A stretch of DNA of 64,000 bases, taken from Cyanophora paradoxa CCMP329 (Eukaryota; Plantae; Glaucophyta). Under the pieces are notes generated by a model. That model was given only the letters and a program-made list of their open reading frames with translations. It was not told the DNA's origin and ran no database searches. Position numbers and translations under genes: made by a program. Below are positions 1-10,079 of this stretch, one piece after another; position 1 is the first letter of the stretch, and each line of letters starts with the position of its first letter. The stretch spans positions 1 through 64,000 of the forward strand of contig QPMI01000186.1 in assembly GCA_004431415.1 (NCBI GenBank). The letters are read 5' to 3'.

Positions 1-212
1 ACCGGAACCAGTTTCTGCACCGGACGCGTACGACTGCGGCGAGCCCGCGACCGTCGCTCTGGTCCGGCGCCTCTCCCTTTCCAAACCTGGGCGCTGCGGG
101 GCGTGCTCCTGCTCCGCGTGCGGCTGCGGCTGCCACGCCGCCCTCTCCTCGCGGCGCGGCGGCACTCGGGCGGTTCGGCGGAGGTTTGCGAGCCGCCGGT
201 CGCGCCGGCGGC

Positions 213-3200
213 ATGCGCACCCTACTCTCACATCTCCGCCCGCGGCCGCTCGCCGACGCGCGGGCGGCGCGGCTCCTCGCGCGGCCTGGCCATCCCCTCG
301 GCGCCGCCGGTGCCGCCGGCCGCCCCGGAGCGGCGGCGGGGGAGGAGCGGGAGACGCTGCTACGGGCCTGCGGCGGGCGCAGGGGCGCCGCGCGAGTTCC
401 TCGCGCGCGCCGCCGAGCTCATCGCCGGCGCGCTGCGGGCCCCGGCCGCCGAGGTCTGGTCCTTCGATGGCGAGGGCGAGCTCGGCGGGGAGCCCGTCGC
501 CTCGCACCGCGCCCGGGGCCCCGGCCCTGGACGTCCCGGGCCCTCCGGCGCCCTCCTCCGCCGCCTTGTCGCCCGCCCGGGCGCCCCTCGCCGCCGACTT
601 CGAGACGGCCGCGGCCGCGCCTTCGCCCTCTGCGCCCTCGCCGCCGCCGGGCCCGACGCCCCGCCCTCGGGCGTCCTCACGGCGCGCCCTCCCCTCCTCC
701 TCCCCCCCTTCCTGACGGGGCAGCGCCAGGTCTTCTTCCGGAGCGGGCGGGACGGGAGGGGCGCTGGCGGCCTGGGGGCCCTGCCTGTGCGAGGCCGCCG
801 AGTTCGTGGCGGGCGGCATCGAAACCCGCCGCGCCCTCGACGAGGCCGTGCGCCCCCGCGCCGCGCCGCCCGCCCGTGCCGGCGGGGGCGGTGCTGAGGG
901 GCGGGCGGGGCAGGCGGGGCGCAGGCGGGGCTGCTGGCGTCGACGGCGCTCTTCAAGGCGCGGCTGGAGCGGCGGGCGCGGACCAGGAGGCCCTCGCCTC
1001 CATCTCCCGCACCCTCCTCGCCCACCAGGCCCGCCCGCCCCCGCCCCCCCGCCCCCGCCCCACAGAGAGACCCGCTGCGCCGCGCCCCGGGCAGGGCGGG
1101 CGGGGCTGAGGGGCGGGCAGGCCGGGAGGGCCTGGAGGAGCTCTGCTCGCGGAGCGCGGCGGCCCTCGGGCCCATCCTCCGCGTCCACCGCGTGTCCGCC
1201 CCCCCACCCTCCCCCCCTTCAGCCGACGCCTTGAGCCCTCAAGCCCCGCGGCCATGCGCGCTCTCCTCCGCCGCCTCCACCTTAGCCGCCGCGCGGGGGC
1301 CGCAGCTTCGTGTGGGACTACACCGACGCTTCGTACGCGAGCGGCGCCGGGTACCCCCGCGGCGCCTGGACCTCCCCCGCCATCTTCGCCCCGGTACCCC
1401 CGCCCCTCCCCCCCGCCCCAGCGCCCTTGGCTGCGTCTCGGGTGCGAGAGCGGGGGCAGGGGGGCCCGAGGGAGCGGGTCGGGGAGCGGCTGGAGAAGCT
1501 CGAGGCGCCCGTCGTGCGGGCCCTCGCCGCCGCCCTCGACGAGAGCCCCGGTGCCCCCCCCCCTTCTTCCTTTCCTTCTTCTTCTATTTCCAAGCGCCCT
1601 CCTCCTCGTTCGCCAGAGGGCGTCTTCCGCTGCGGCAGCGTGGGCGAGGCGCTGCTGCGGCGGGGCCCCTCGCCGCCCCCGGGCTCGACCTCGCCGCCTG
1701 GCAGGCCGAGCCGGGCGCAGCGGCGTCGGGCGCGGCCACTCCCGCAGCCTCGTCGCCCGCGCCGCCTTCCAGGGCGCCCCGCAGGGCCCGCCCCTCCCCC
1801 GCCCCGCCCCGCCCCGGCGGCCGGCCGGCTGAGGGCGGGGCGGGGCAGGGTTCGTGTGCGTGTCGGTGGAGGGGGCGCGGGGCCGGGGGCGGGGCGGCGT
1901 GGGCCCCGAGGACGTCGCCCTCCTCCGCCAGGCCGCCCACCAGCTCGGCGTCGTGCGCCCCCGAGCCCCGCCCGAGACCCCGCCCCGGCCCGCCCCCGAC
2001 GCCGCGGCGGGGCGGGGCAGGCGATGGCGCACGCGCGGCTTGTGGCGCGCTTCCGCGAGCAGAACGCGCGCCTCGAGGCGCAGCTCAACTACTCCCGCCT
2101 CTTCCAGGCCGTCCGCCCCGCGCCGCCCCGCCCCGCCCCGCCCCGCCCCCGACGGGCGGGGCTGAGGGGGCGGGGGGCAGATCACGCGGGAGATCCACCA
2201 GGCGCGGGGCGTCCGCGAGGTCTTCGAGATCGGCGCCCGCATGGCCCGCCCCGCCCCGCCCCGGCATCCCCAGCGCCCCCGGGGGGCCCACGCGGGGGCG
2301 CCAGGTGCGGGAGGCGCTGCGGTGCAGCCGCTGCCGCGTCACTTGCCTCGACGACTTCAGCCTCGACGCGCGCGCCCCCGCGCCCCCGCGCCCCCGCCCC
2401 CTCACAGCCCGCAGGCCGTGAGCGTGGATCCCGAGGAGAGCGCGAGGGCGGCGGGCACCCCCCCGCCGCCCTCCTCCGAGGTCTACGCCGGTGCGCGGGG
2501 GCCGGCGCCGGGGGCGCGCCGCTGCTCCTGACGGCGGGGGCAGAGGCGATGGGGGAGGTGACGGAGGGGGCCCCGGGCCCCCTCCGCGTCGTCGCCGCCA
2601 TCTTCCAGAAGGGCCCGCCCCGCCCCGCGGCCCGCACCTGAAGTGGACGGATCTGGGGGCCGCTATTTCAAGGGCCTCTTTTTAAGGCCGCTGCTAGTTT
2701 AATGAGGCTTAGTCTAAAACTAAGGGCCGCTGCTAAGGCCCAAATAGGATCTAAGGCGGACCTGGAGGATCTAAGGGCTGCTAATATATACAACCGCCCG
2801 GCCCCGCTCTTGGGGGCCTCACGGGGGGGGGCGCGCTGCAGCGAACCGGGCGGTGATCCCGCTGGAGGACGTGGAGAGCGCCGGCGTCCTCGCCGACTTC
2901 GGCCTGCCCCCCGCCGTCGTCCAGGCGCCGCCCCGCCCCGCCCCCCGCACCCCGCAGCCCCCACGCCTCCCCTGCCCCGCCATAGCTTCCACCAGGCAGA
3001 CGCGGCACGCGAGCGAGCGAGCAGAGGGACGGGGCTGACGGGCGGGCGCAGGCGGTGGTGGCGATGATGCGGCGCTTCGGGAACCGCGCGCTGATGGGCG
3101 CCGTGACGAGCTTTGGGGGGAAGCCGAACGGTGCGCCTCAGGGCCCCCTCGCCGGCGCCTCGCCTCTTTCGCGGCCTCGCCGCTGCCTCCTCCTCGCCCC

Positions 3201-4734
3201 TCTTCGCGGCCTCTGACGAAGGCCGGGGCAGGGTTCATCACGGTGTCGCAGACGGAGGCGCGGCGCTGGACGGAGGACGAGGAGCGCCTCCTCGGCACCG
3301 TCGCCGAGCAGATGGGCCTCGCCATCGGTCCGCCCCGCATCCCTGGCCGGCGCCTCGCCGCAGGCCCCCCGCGCGCGCCGCTGAGGGCGGCGCAGCGCAG
3401 TCGCAGCTGCTGCGGGAGGAGCAGCAGCAGCGCGAGCTCCTCGCCTCCCGCGTGCGCCCCGCCCCCGAAGCCCGCTTGGGCGGACCAGAGCTCGCGCGCA
3501 CGCCAGAGATGCACCTTGCTAGGACTCGAGACGTAGGCTACAGAACGCCTGTAGATCATCTCAGACGGTTTATAGAAACCTTTTGCACATGCCGGCCTGC
3601 CCCGCGGCGCATCCCGCCTCGCGATGGCGGCTGAGGCCTCGCGGGCAGAACGCGGCGCTGGAGGAGGCGCGGCGGGAGGCGGACGCGGCGAGCCGCACCA
3701 AGTCCCAGTTCCTCGCCATGGCCCGCCCGCCCCGCCCTTGCGGGGGATTGAGAGCGAGGTGCTCGGGGGGCGGGGCTGACGGCGGGGGCGGGCAGGTCTC
3801 GCACGAGGTGCGGACCCCGATGAACGCCATCCTCGTGCGCCCGCCCCCCGCCCGCGCCCCGCGCATCCCCGTAGGCGCCGGTTGAGGGGGCGGGGCGGGC
3901 AGAACATGGCCGACTTCCTCCTCGTGCGCCCCGCCGCCCGCCCCGGGGCCTCCGCCCGGCCGGGGCGCCCCGGCTGAGGCCGCCGGCGCCCCCGCAGGAG
4001 ACGGAGCTCAGCGCGCTGCAGCGCGACTACTGCGCCACCATCCAGGCGCGCCCGGCCCTCCCGGGCGGGGCGGCGGGGGCTCAGGGCCGGGGCAGAACTC
4101 GTCGGCGGCGCTCCTCAACATCCTCCGCGACATCCTCGGTCCGCCCGCCCCCGGGGGCGCGGCGGGCGGGGCGGGGGGCGGGAAGAGGAGCCGCGCCCCG
4201 CCCGGCAGCCTGCCGGCGCTGAGGCGGGGCGGGCGGGGCGGGGCGGGGCGGGGGCAGACACGTCGCGGCTGGAGTTTGGGAAGGTGGAGATCCGGCGTGC
4301 CCCCGTCGCCCCCGCCGCCCTCGTCCAGCAGGCCCGCCCCCCGCCCCGCCCCCGCCCCGGCCGCCCCGCCACCCGCCCCCGAGGGCCGGCTCGAGGCGGG
4401 GCCGGGGCAGGTGGTGGACCTGATGGCCCCCTCGGCCGCCCAGAAGGCGCGCCACCCCGCCCCGCCCCGCCCGCCAGCCGCCCCACCCGAGCCCCGCCCC
4501 ACCACGCCGCCTCGGGCGGTCTCTGGAGCGGGCGGCGCCGCGCTGAGCCGGGGCCTCGGGCGCAGGGTTGGACCTCTCGTACCACGTGGCGGCGAGCTGC
4601 CCGGCGATGCTGCACGCCGACGGGCCCCGCCTCACCCAGATCCTCGTCCGCCCCGGCCCGGCCCCCGGCCCTCCTCTTCCCCCCGGCCCGACGCGTTGGA
4701 CGCGCCCGCAGATCAACCTCATCGGGAGTGCGCC

Positions 4735-4765
<31 letters not shown>

Positions 4766-6983
4766 CGCCGCCCCGCGAGGCGGAGCTGAGGCGGGGGCGC
4801 AGACGGCGTCAAGTTCACGCACAGCGGCGAAGTCTCCCTCCGCCTCTCCTGCGAGGCCCGCCGGCCCCCCCGCCGCCCCCCCGCCAGCGGCCTCGAGGCG
4901 GGGGCGCGCTGAGCGGGCGGGGGCGGGGCAGGCGGGGGCGCTGCGGGCGGTGATCCGGGACACGGGGATCGGGATCGCTGCGGAGGACCAGGAGAAGCTC
5001 TTCTCCTGGTTCCACCAGGTCGACTCCTCCCACTCCCGCCAGTACGGCGGCACCGGCCTCGGTGCGCCCCCGGGCCGCGCGGGGCCGGCGGGGCCGGGCC
5101 CGAGGGTGCGGGGGCGGGCAGGCCTCTTCATCTCGCGCAAGCTCGCTCTCCTCATGGGCGGCGACATCGAGGCCCGCTCCGAGGAGGTCCCGCCCCCCTC
5201 CCCCGCCCCCGGCCCCTCGCCGGCCCCGCCCAGCCTCGCGCCCCCGCAGGGCCGCGGCTCCACTTTCGTTCTCACCATCCCCCTCGCCTGCCTTGCCGCC
5301 CCCGAGGGCGAGCCCGAGGCCGAGGAGCCGGCGCACGGGGCGGAGGCGGGGGGCGGGGGGCGGGCGCTGGCGCTGGCGGGGCGCGCGGTGGCGCTGTGGA
5401 CGCGCTCCGAGGCGACTGCCGCCCTCGTGCAGGCGCGCCCCTCCCCTCCACCGCGCGGGGCGAGGGGCCAGGGGAGCCCTCGAGGCGGCCCGCCAGGCGC
5501 TGCGCCCGGAAGCCTCACCGGGGTCGCGCAGGACGCGCTGGCCGCCGCCGGCGCCACCGTCCTCCTCCTCGGCCCGCGCCCGCCCGGCCCCGGCCCCGGC
5601 CCCGGCCACGCGTGGGCGGGTGGAGGCGGCGGTGGTGGACGTGGGGGCGCGCTCGACGCTGCTCGCGGGGGTGCCGGCGGAGGTGGCCGCGCTGGCCTGC
5701 CCCCTCGTCGCCCTCGCCCCGTGGGGACCCGCCCCGAGGAGAGCGCCCTCTTCGAGGTGTGCCCCGCCCGGCGCCGGGGCCACCCTCGCCCCTCACGCCA
5801 GCGCCGCGGCGCGTGGGCGCTGCCGGCAGGCGTGCGCGGGGTGGTGAGCAAGCCGCTGCGCCCCGCAGCCCTCGTTGACTGCGTCGCCGCCGTCGCCGCG
5901 GGGCGCGCCCCCGCCCCTCCTCCGCCCGCCGCCTCGCCGCCTCCTCCCGGCCCCGGGCGATTGCGAGCAGGCCCCGGCCCCCGCCCCGGCCCCGGGCCGC
6001 GCCGCGAGCCCCCTCCGCATCCTCGGTCCGCCCGCGCCCCGTCCCGCCTCGGTCCTCGGGGCCGTGACGCGGGGCGGGCGCAGTGTGCGAGGACGTGGAG
6101 GTGAACAAGCGCATCCTCCTCCTCATGCTCGAGAAGCGCGGCTACCCCGCCGCCGCCGCCGTCCGCCCCCGCAGAGGCCCCGCACCGCCCCGGCCGCCCC
6201 GCCCGCTGAGCCCCTCCCCGCAGGTGAGCAACGGGGCGGAGGCGCTGGCGGAGGTCCGCGCCGCCGCCGCCGCCGCCGCCCCCTACGACTGCCTCGTGCG
6301 CCGCCCTCGCGCCCGCCTGCGCGAGTGACGGCGCCCGCTGAGCCGACAGCGTGCACGTGCGCAGCTCCTCGAGTGCGCGCGGACGGCCCCCCCCCCCCCC
6401 CCCCCCCCTCCACCCCCCCCCCCTCCCCCCCCCCCTCCTCACGGGGCGGCGCAGCGTGATGATGCCGGTGATGGACGGATGGAGGCGGCGGGGCGCATCC
6501 GCGAGGAGCTCGCCCCGGAGCTCCGCCCCTACATCATCGCCCTGTCCGCCCCGCTGCCCTCCCCCTCGCCCCCCGGCCCCGGCCCCGCTGCCCTCCGCCA
6601 TTCGCATCCCGTTGCTGGGATCAGATCTAGAGGATGCGCAGCACGAGGATCTAAGACTGCCTCGCGAGCGGCGCGGGGTGCGGGCGCGGGGCGACCGTGA
6701 CCCCGGGGCGGCGCAGGACGGCGAACGCGATGGCGGGCGACCGCGAGGCCTGCCTCGCCGCCGGCATGCACGACTACATCCCCAGTGCGCCCCCCGTCCC
6801 CGCCCCGCCCCGCCCCGCCTCCGCCCCTTCCTGCCCCCGCGGGCCCGCTGAGCGGGGGCGGCAGAGCCCGTGCGGCCGGACCTCCTCCTCGCCTCCCTCG
6901 AGCGCTGCCGCCGCGCCCGCCGCCCCGCCCCCACCCCCGCCCCGGGCCCCGCCCCGCACACTCCCGCCGGGCCCGAGGCCTGA
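213..6983 (+). CDS. Multi-GAF hybrid histidine kinase (GAFs-HisKA-HATPase-degenerate REC-REC), many short introns
   Basis: Spliced reconstruction gives GAF ends ([16 protein letters not shown]|AMAHARL; [22 protein letters not shown]|AQSQLL), H-box FLAM|[14 protein letters not shown]-box INLIGNGVKF, G1 DTGIGI, G2 GGTGLGL and receiver [43 protein letters not shown], with stop TGA 6981-6983. The 5' start is uncertain, and there is one apparent 1-nt loss near 6478. Confidence 0.9.
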
Positions 6984-7739
6984 GTGCTGCCGCCTGAATC
7001 CGAAGCGCCCCGCCGCCCTGCAGGCGCCTGCAGCCCAGTAACTGTATATCTGTATCCACATCCATACAGTATATGCGAGTAGCCAGTAGCCCAGTAGACA
7101 GGCCACTTTATAGGATTTCTTTTTGATCTGTGTTCAGTGTTGAGCTCCGAATTTTCAATCTCTGAACATGTATACGTAGAGGTGTTCCTCCGTAGCTTTC
7201 GAGCTTTGAGGCTTTTTACAGCATTTGCCTTTCACAGATCCACACTTTTTCTTTAACATTTGATTTTCGTCAGCATCCGTTTTCCTGATGATCAGATTTA
7301 GAATCCTCAGAGCACTCGGGGTGGCGGCCGGGGTGCTCGGGGGCCTCCGGCGCGGGAAGCCCTGAAGAACGCTTCAGGCTCCGAGGCTCCGGGATCCAAG
7401 GCCTCGAGGCTCAGCGGCTCAGAGGATCCGGTCGCGATCGGGCCGCCGGGCCGGGGAACAGCCAGAGCCTGAGAGCAAACGATCAGTCCGACGGTCCGCG
7501 CCCGCCGCCGGCCGCGGGCCGCCCCCAGGGTCCGGCAGTCGTCATGGCCCACTGGCGATGGCTCAGCCCGCAGCCACGGCCTGTGACGGCGTGCACCCAT
7601 ATCATAGAATCCGTGCACGGTGCCCACTTGGCTTGTGGATGGCTGGCCCAGTGCACTGCGGCACGTGGCCGGGCCATGCATATGGGCCCGGGGTAAGAAC
7701 TAAAAAAATCAGTCATCGTGGCATGTTTCAAGTTTCTAG

Positions 7740-7808
7740 ATCTAACGTCATGACCAGCATCTGCATAATTATATAAAAAATGCACTGCCGCAACTAATTA
7801 GAACTAGT
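7740..7808 (+). repeat. 69-bp direct repeat, left copy (target-site-duplication-like)
   Basis: ATCTAACGTCATGACC...TAATTAGAACTAGT is identical to 12346-12414. Confidence 0.93.
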
Positions 7809-7968
7809 CGAACCTATGTGAGCGTCAGCGTAGCATAGGGCAGTGTATGGCTGCCAAATAAAGGCAGCCTTGCTTACGCACATATGTACAAGGGGCGCAC
7901 TTACAAGTTATAAGTGCGCCCCTGGGGTACAAGCCTCAGTCTTGCTTCGCAGCCAAGGCCTCTAAGCT
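7808..7968 (+). repeat. 161-bp element repeat, copy 1 (upstream of gag)
   Basis: TCGAACCTATGTG...GCCTCTAAGCT is identical to 9851-10011. Contains AATAAA, TTATAA and several palindromes. Confidence 0.95.
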
Positions 7969-7974
7969 GAGGTC

Positions 7975-9062
7975 ATGGCTCGCTCGCGGAGGAGCCCATC
8001 GTGGGCCCCTCTGTTCGTAGTCGTCTTGACCATCATTCTGCTCGTCGCCTGTGCCGAGGCGGCGCAGAAACGCAAGTCAACGGCCACTGGTGCGCGCAAG
8101 TCGGCCAAACCCAAGACGGCGACGACCCCGCGCCCCAGGCCCGGAGGTCGTCATCTCGTCTTCAAGCTCCGGCCAACGACAGTGCGGAGGAGGAGCAGCC
8201 TGCACCTCCGCCGACGCGATCTCGCAAAGGCAAGGAGAAAGCCGTGTCGCCGGATCCGGACCAGCAGCAGTCCGACCCAGAAGATGAACCTGAGGACGAC
8301 GTTGCCGTTAGACTGGCACAGCGTGAGCAGTTCGGTGGCGCCTACGACGAGGAAGAGCAAGTGGCTGCGCGCAACTTTCCGAACTTGGCGCAAGTGGATC
8401 CGGGCGCGGCTGGCCCGTCAACCGGCTTCACCCGTCACCTTCAAGGCCCTTATGCTGTACCCGCTGGCAACTCGACTGCCCCAACGTCGACCAAACCGGC
8501 AGCGGGTGCGCTTCCGCCAGCGTGGGCTGAGCTACTTCAGCGTGGGATAGATAGCGCGGTCATCAAGCTTCAAGAGCAGCAGCAGCAGCAGCTCGGCGAG
8601 CAGCAGAAAGACAACCATGAGGCTATGCAGCTCAAAAACCCGTGGCTTCGTGAGCTTGCCCTGCAGCTATCGCAGCTTAAGTTTCAGCTCAAGAGATGCT
8701 CTTCGTGCACTGCGTGCTACGATCACGTAAAGCAGAGCCTCAAAATCCTCGACGAGCTCCGGAAGCGGATCGACATTCGCGACAAGGGCGGCGACAAGCT
8801 TGCCGAGCGGCTGGCAGGTGTGCCAGAGGAGTATCGGGGCACGGCTGCGGCGCTGGCGCACGCGCTCAACATTGCTGGCCCGGAGGCCGCCGGCGGGCGC
8901 CCGTATGTGCAGCACGCCAACCCGCGGCCCCAGCACCAGGGCCGCGATCGCCCGCCGTCGCAGCGCAACAGCGGGATGTGTTTCCGCTGCAACAAGCCCG
9001 GGCATGTCGTGAAGGATTGCCCGAACGAGCCGCGCCCCGGCTGGCGCGACCCCCCCAAGTAG
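7975..9062 (+). CDS. gag: Gag-like ORF1 with C-terminal CCHC zinc knuckle; one apparent frameshift near 8127
   Basis: Knuckle CFRCNKPGHVVKDC and a central coiled coil. The ATG at 7975 (MARSRRSPSWAPLFVVVLTIILLVACAEA..) joins the 8001-9062 frame if one C is added to the C-run at about 8126-8129. Confidence 0.8.
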
Positions 9063-9850
9063 ACGTGCGCGCCCTTGTGTGGACGCGCAGTTTTCGTTTC
9101 GCATTTCGCTAGATACTAGTGTTTCGGTGTGTTTCTTGCAAGCATAAGTATTGCTAGCATATGCAAGTGCAGTCTTCAGAAGATCTAGAGTGTGCGTGTA
9201 TGCTTCCCTAAACATGCAATACATGTATTATGCTTCCATTTCATGTGATGGTGTGGCCGGGTGCGGCATTGTGGCCGGGTGCGGCATAGTCATTACCAGC
9301 CGTGGTGGCGCCGGCGTGCTGTGGCTTTATGCATTGGTCCTGTGTGCATTTGCATGTGTTAACACTGTGAAGTGTGACTGTGATTGTAGTCTACTTTTCT
9401 TTTCAATGCTAGTGGCATATATTGCCGTCTGGATGACTCCAACCTGGCAGAGCCCCAGCTGACTCCCGGCAACTGACCTGTTTCCAGCACAGGTCAGGAG
9501 TGCTGCTGGCTGTCGAGCTCCTGGCCCCCTCCGGCCTTCCCGTGTGTCGCTATCGCATACTGGGCGCTCTGAAATTAACCTAGTGCATTTTGCAGGTGAG
9601 GAGTACACAAGGGTACGAAGATTCCATGATGCCAACTGTTCCCGCTGATATCGCAGGTTGGCGCATTCATCCAGAAAGTCCATGCCTGTGCAAATGTGTT
9701 GTGGCACCGTGGGTGCATTGTGGCACTGTGTGTGCATGTGAGCTCAAGACTTGAACCAACAAGCACATTGACACGCTCACTCTTATATTCTTCATGACAA
9801 GACATGTTGTGCTTAGCTTGCTGTAAGCAAGGCTGCCGTGGCAGCCATAC

Positions 9851-10011
9851 TCGAACCTATGTGAGCGTCAGCGTAGCATAGGGCAGTGTATGGCTGCCAA
9901 ATAAAGGCAGCCTTGCTTACGCACATATGTACAAGGGGCGCACTTACAAGTTATAAGTGCGCCCCTGGGGTACAAGCCTCAGTCTTGCTTCGCAGCCAAG
10001 GCCTCTAAGCT
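9851..10011 (+). repeat. 161-bp element repeat, copy 2 (upstream of pol)
   Basis: Identical to 7808-7968. Preceded by 9823-9850, which is complementary to the repeat interior. Confidence 0.95.
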
Positions 10012-10079
10012 TCTTCCCGTTCGCGTGTCACCATCTTCAAGCCAGCGGCTGCATGGACCATCAGCTGTAGCAGTGCTAG

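Noticed and set aside
4115-6961. 948-aa minus-strand ORF and many similar long Arg/Gly/Pro/Ala ORFs
   Set aside because: Stop-poor frames caused by extreme GC, antisense to motif-supported spliced genes, with no domains.
9151-9462. Hydrophobic 103-aa ORF between gag and pol as an env-like gene
   Set aside because: TG-rich sequence gives Val/Cys/Leu by composition, and there is no supporting motif. Worth revisiting only if conserved in other copies.
9823-9970. Hammerhead or hairpin ribozyme, or SECIS, in the structured repeat
   Set aside because: No CUGANGA/GAAA core, hairpin loop A/B consensus or UGA/GA quartet could be placed on either strand by eye.
7808-10011. Reading the two 161-bp repeats as classical LTRs of a Ty3/copia element
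   Set aside because: No TG..CA ends or evident PBS/PPT, pol lies outside the pair, there is no protease or DDE integrase, and the RT/RH/MT is DIRS-type.
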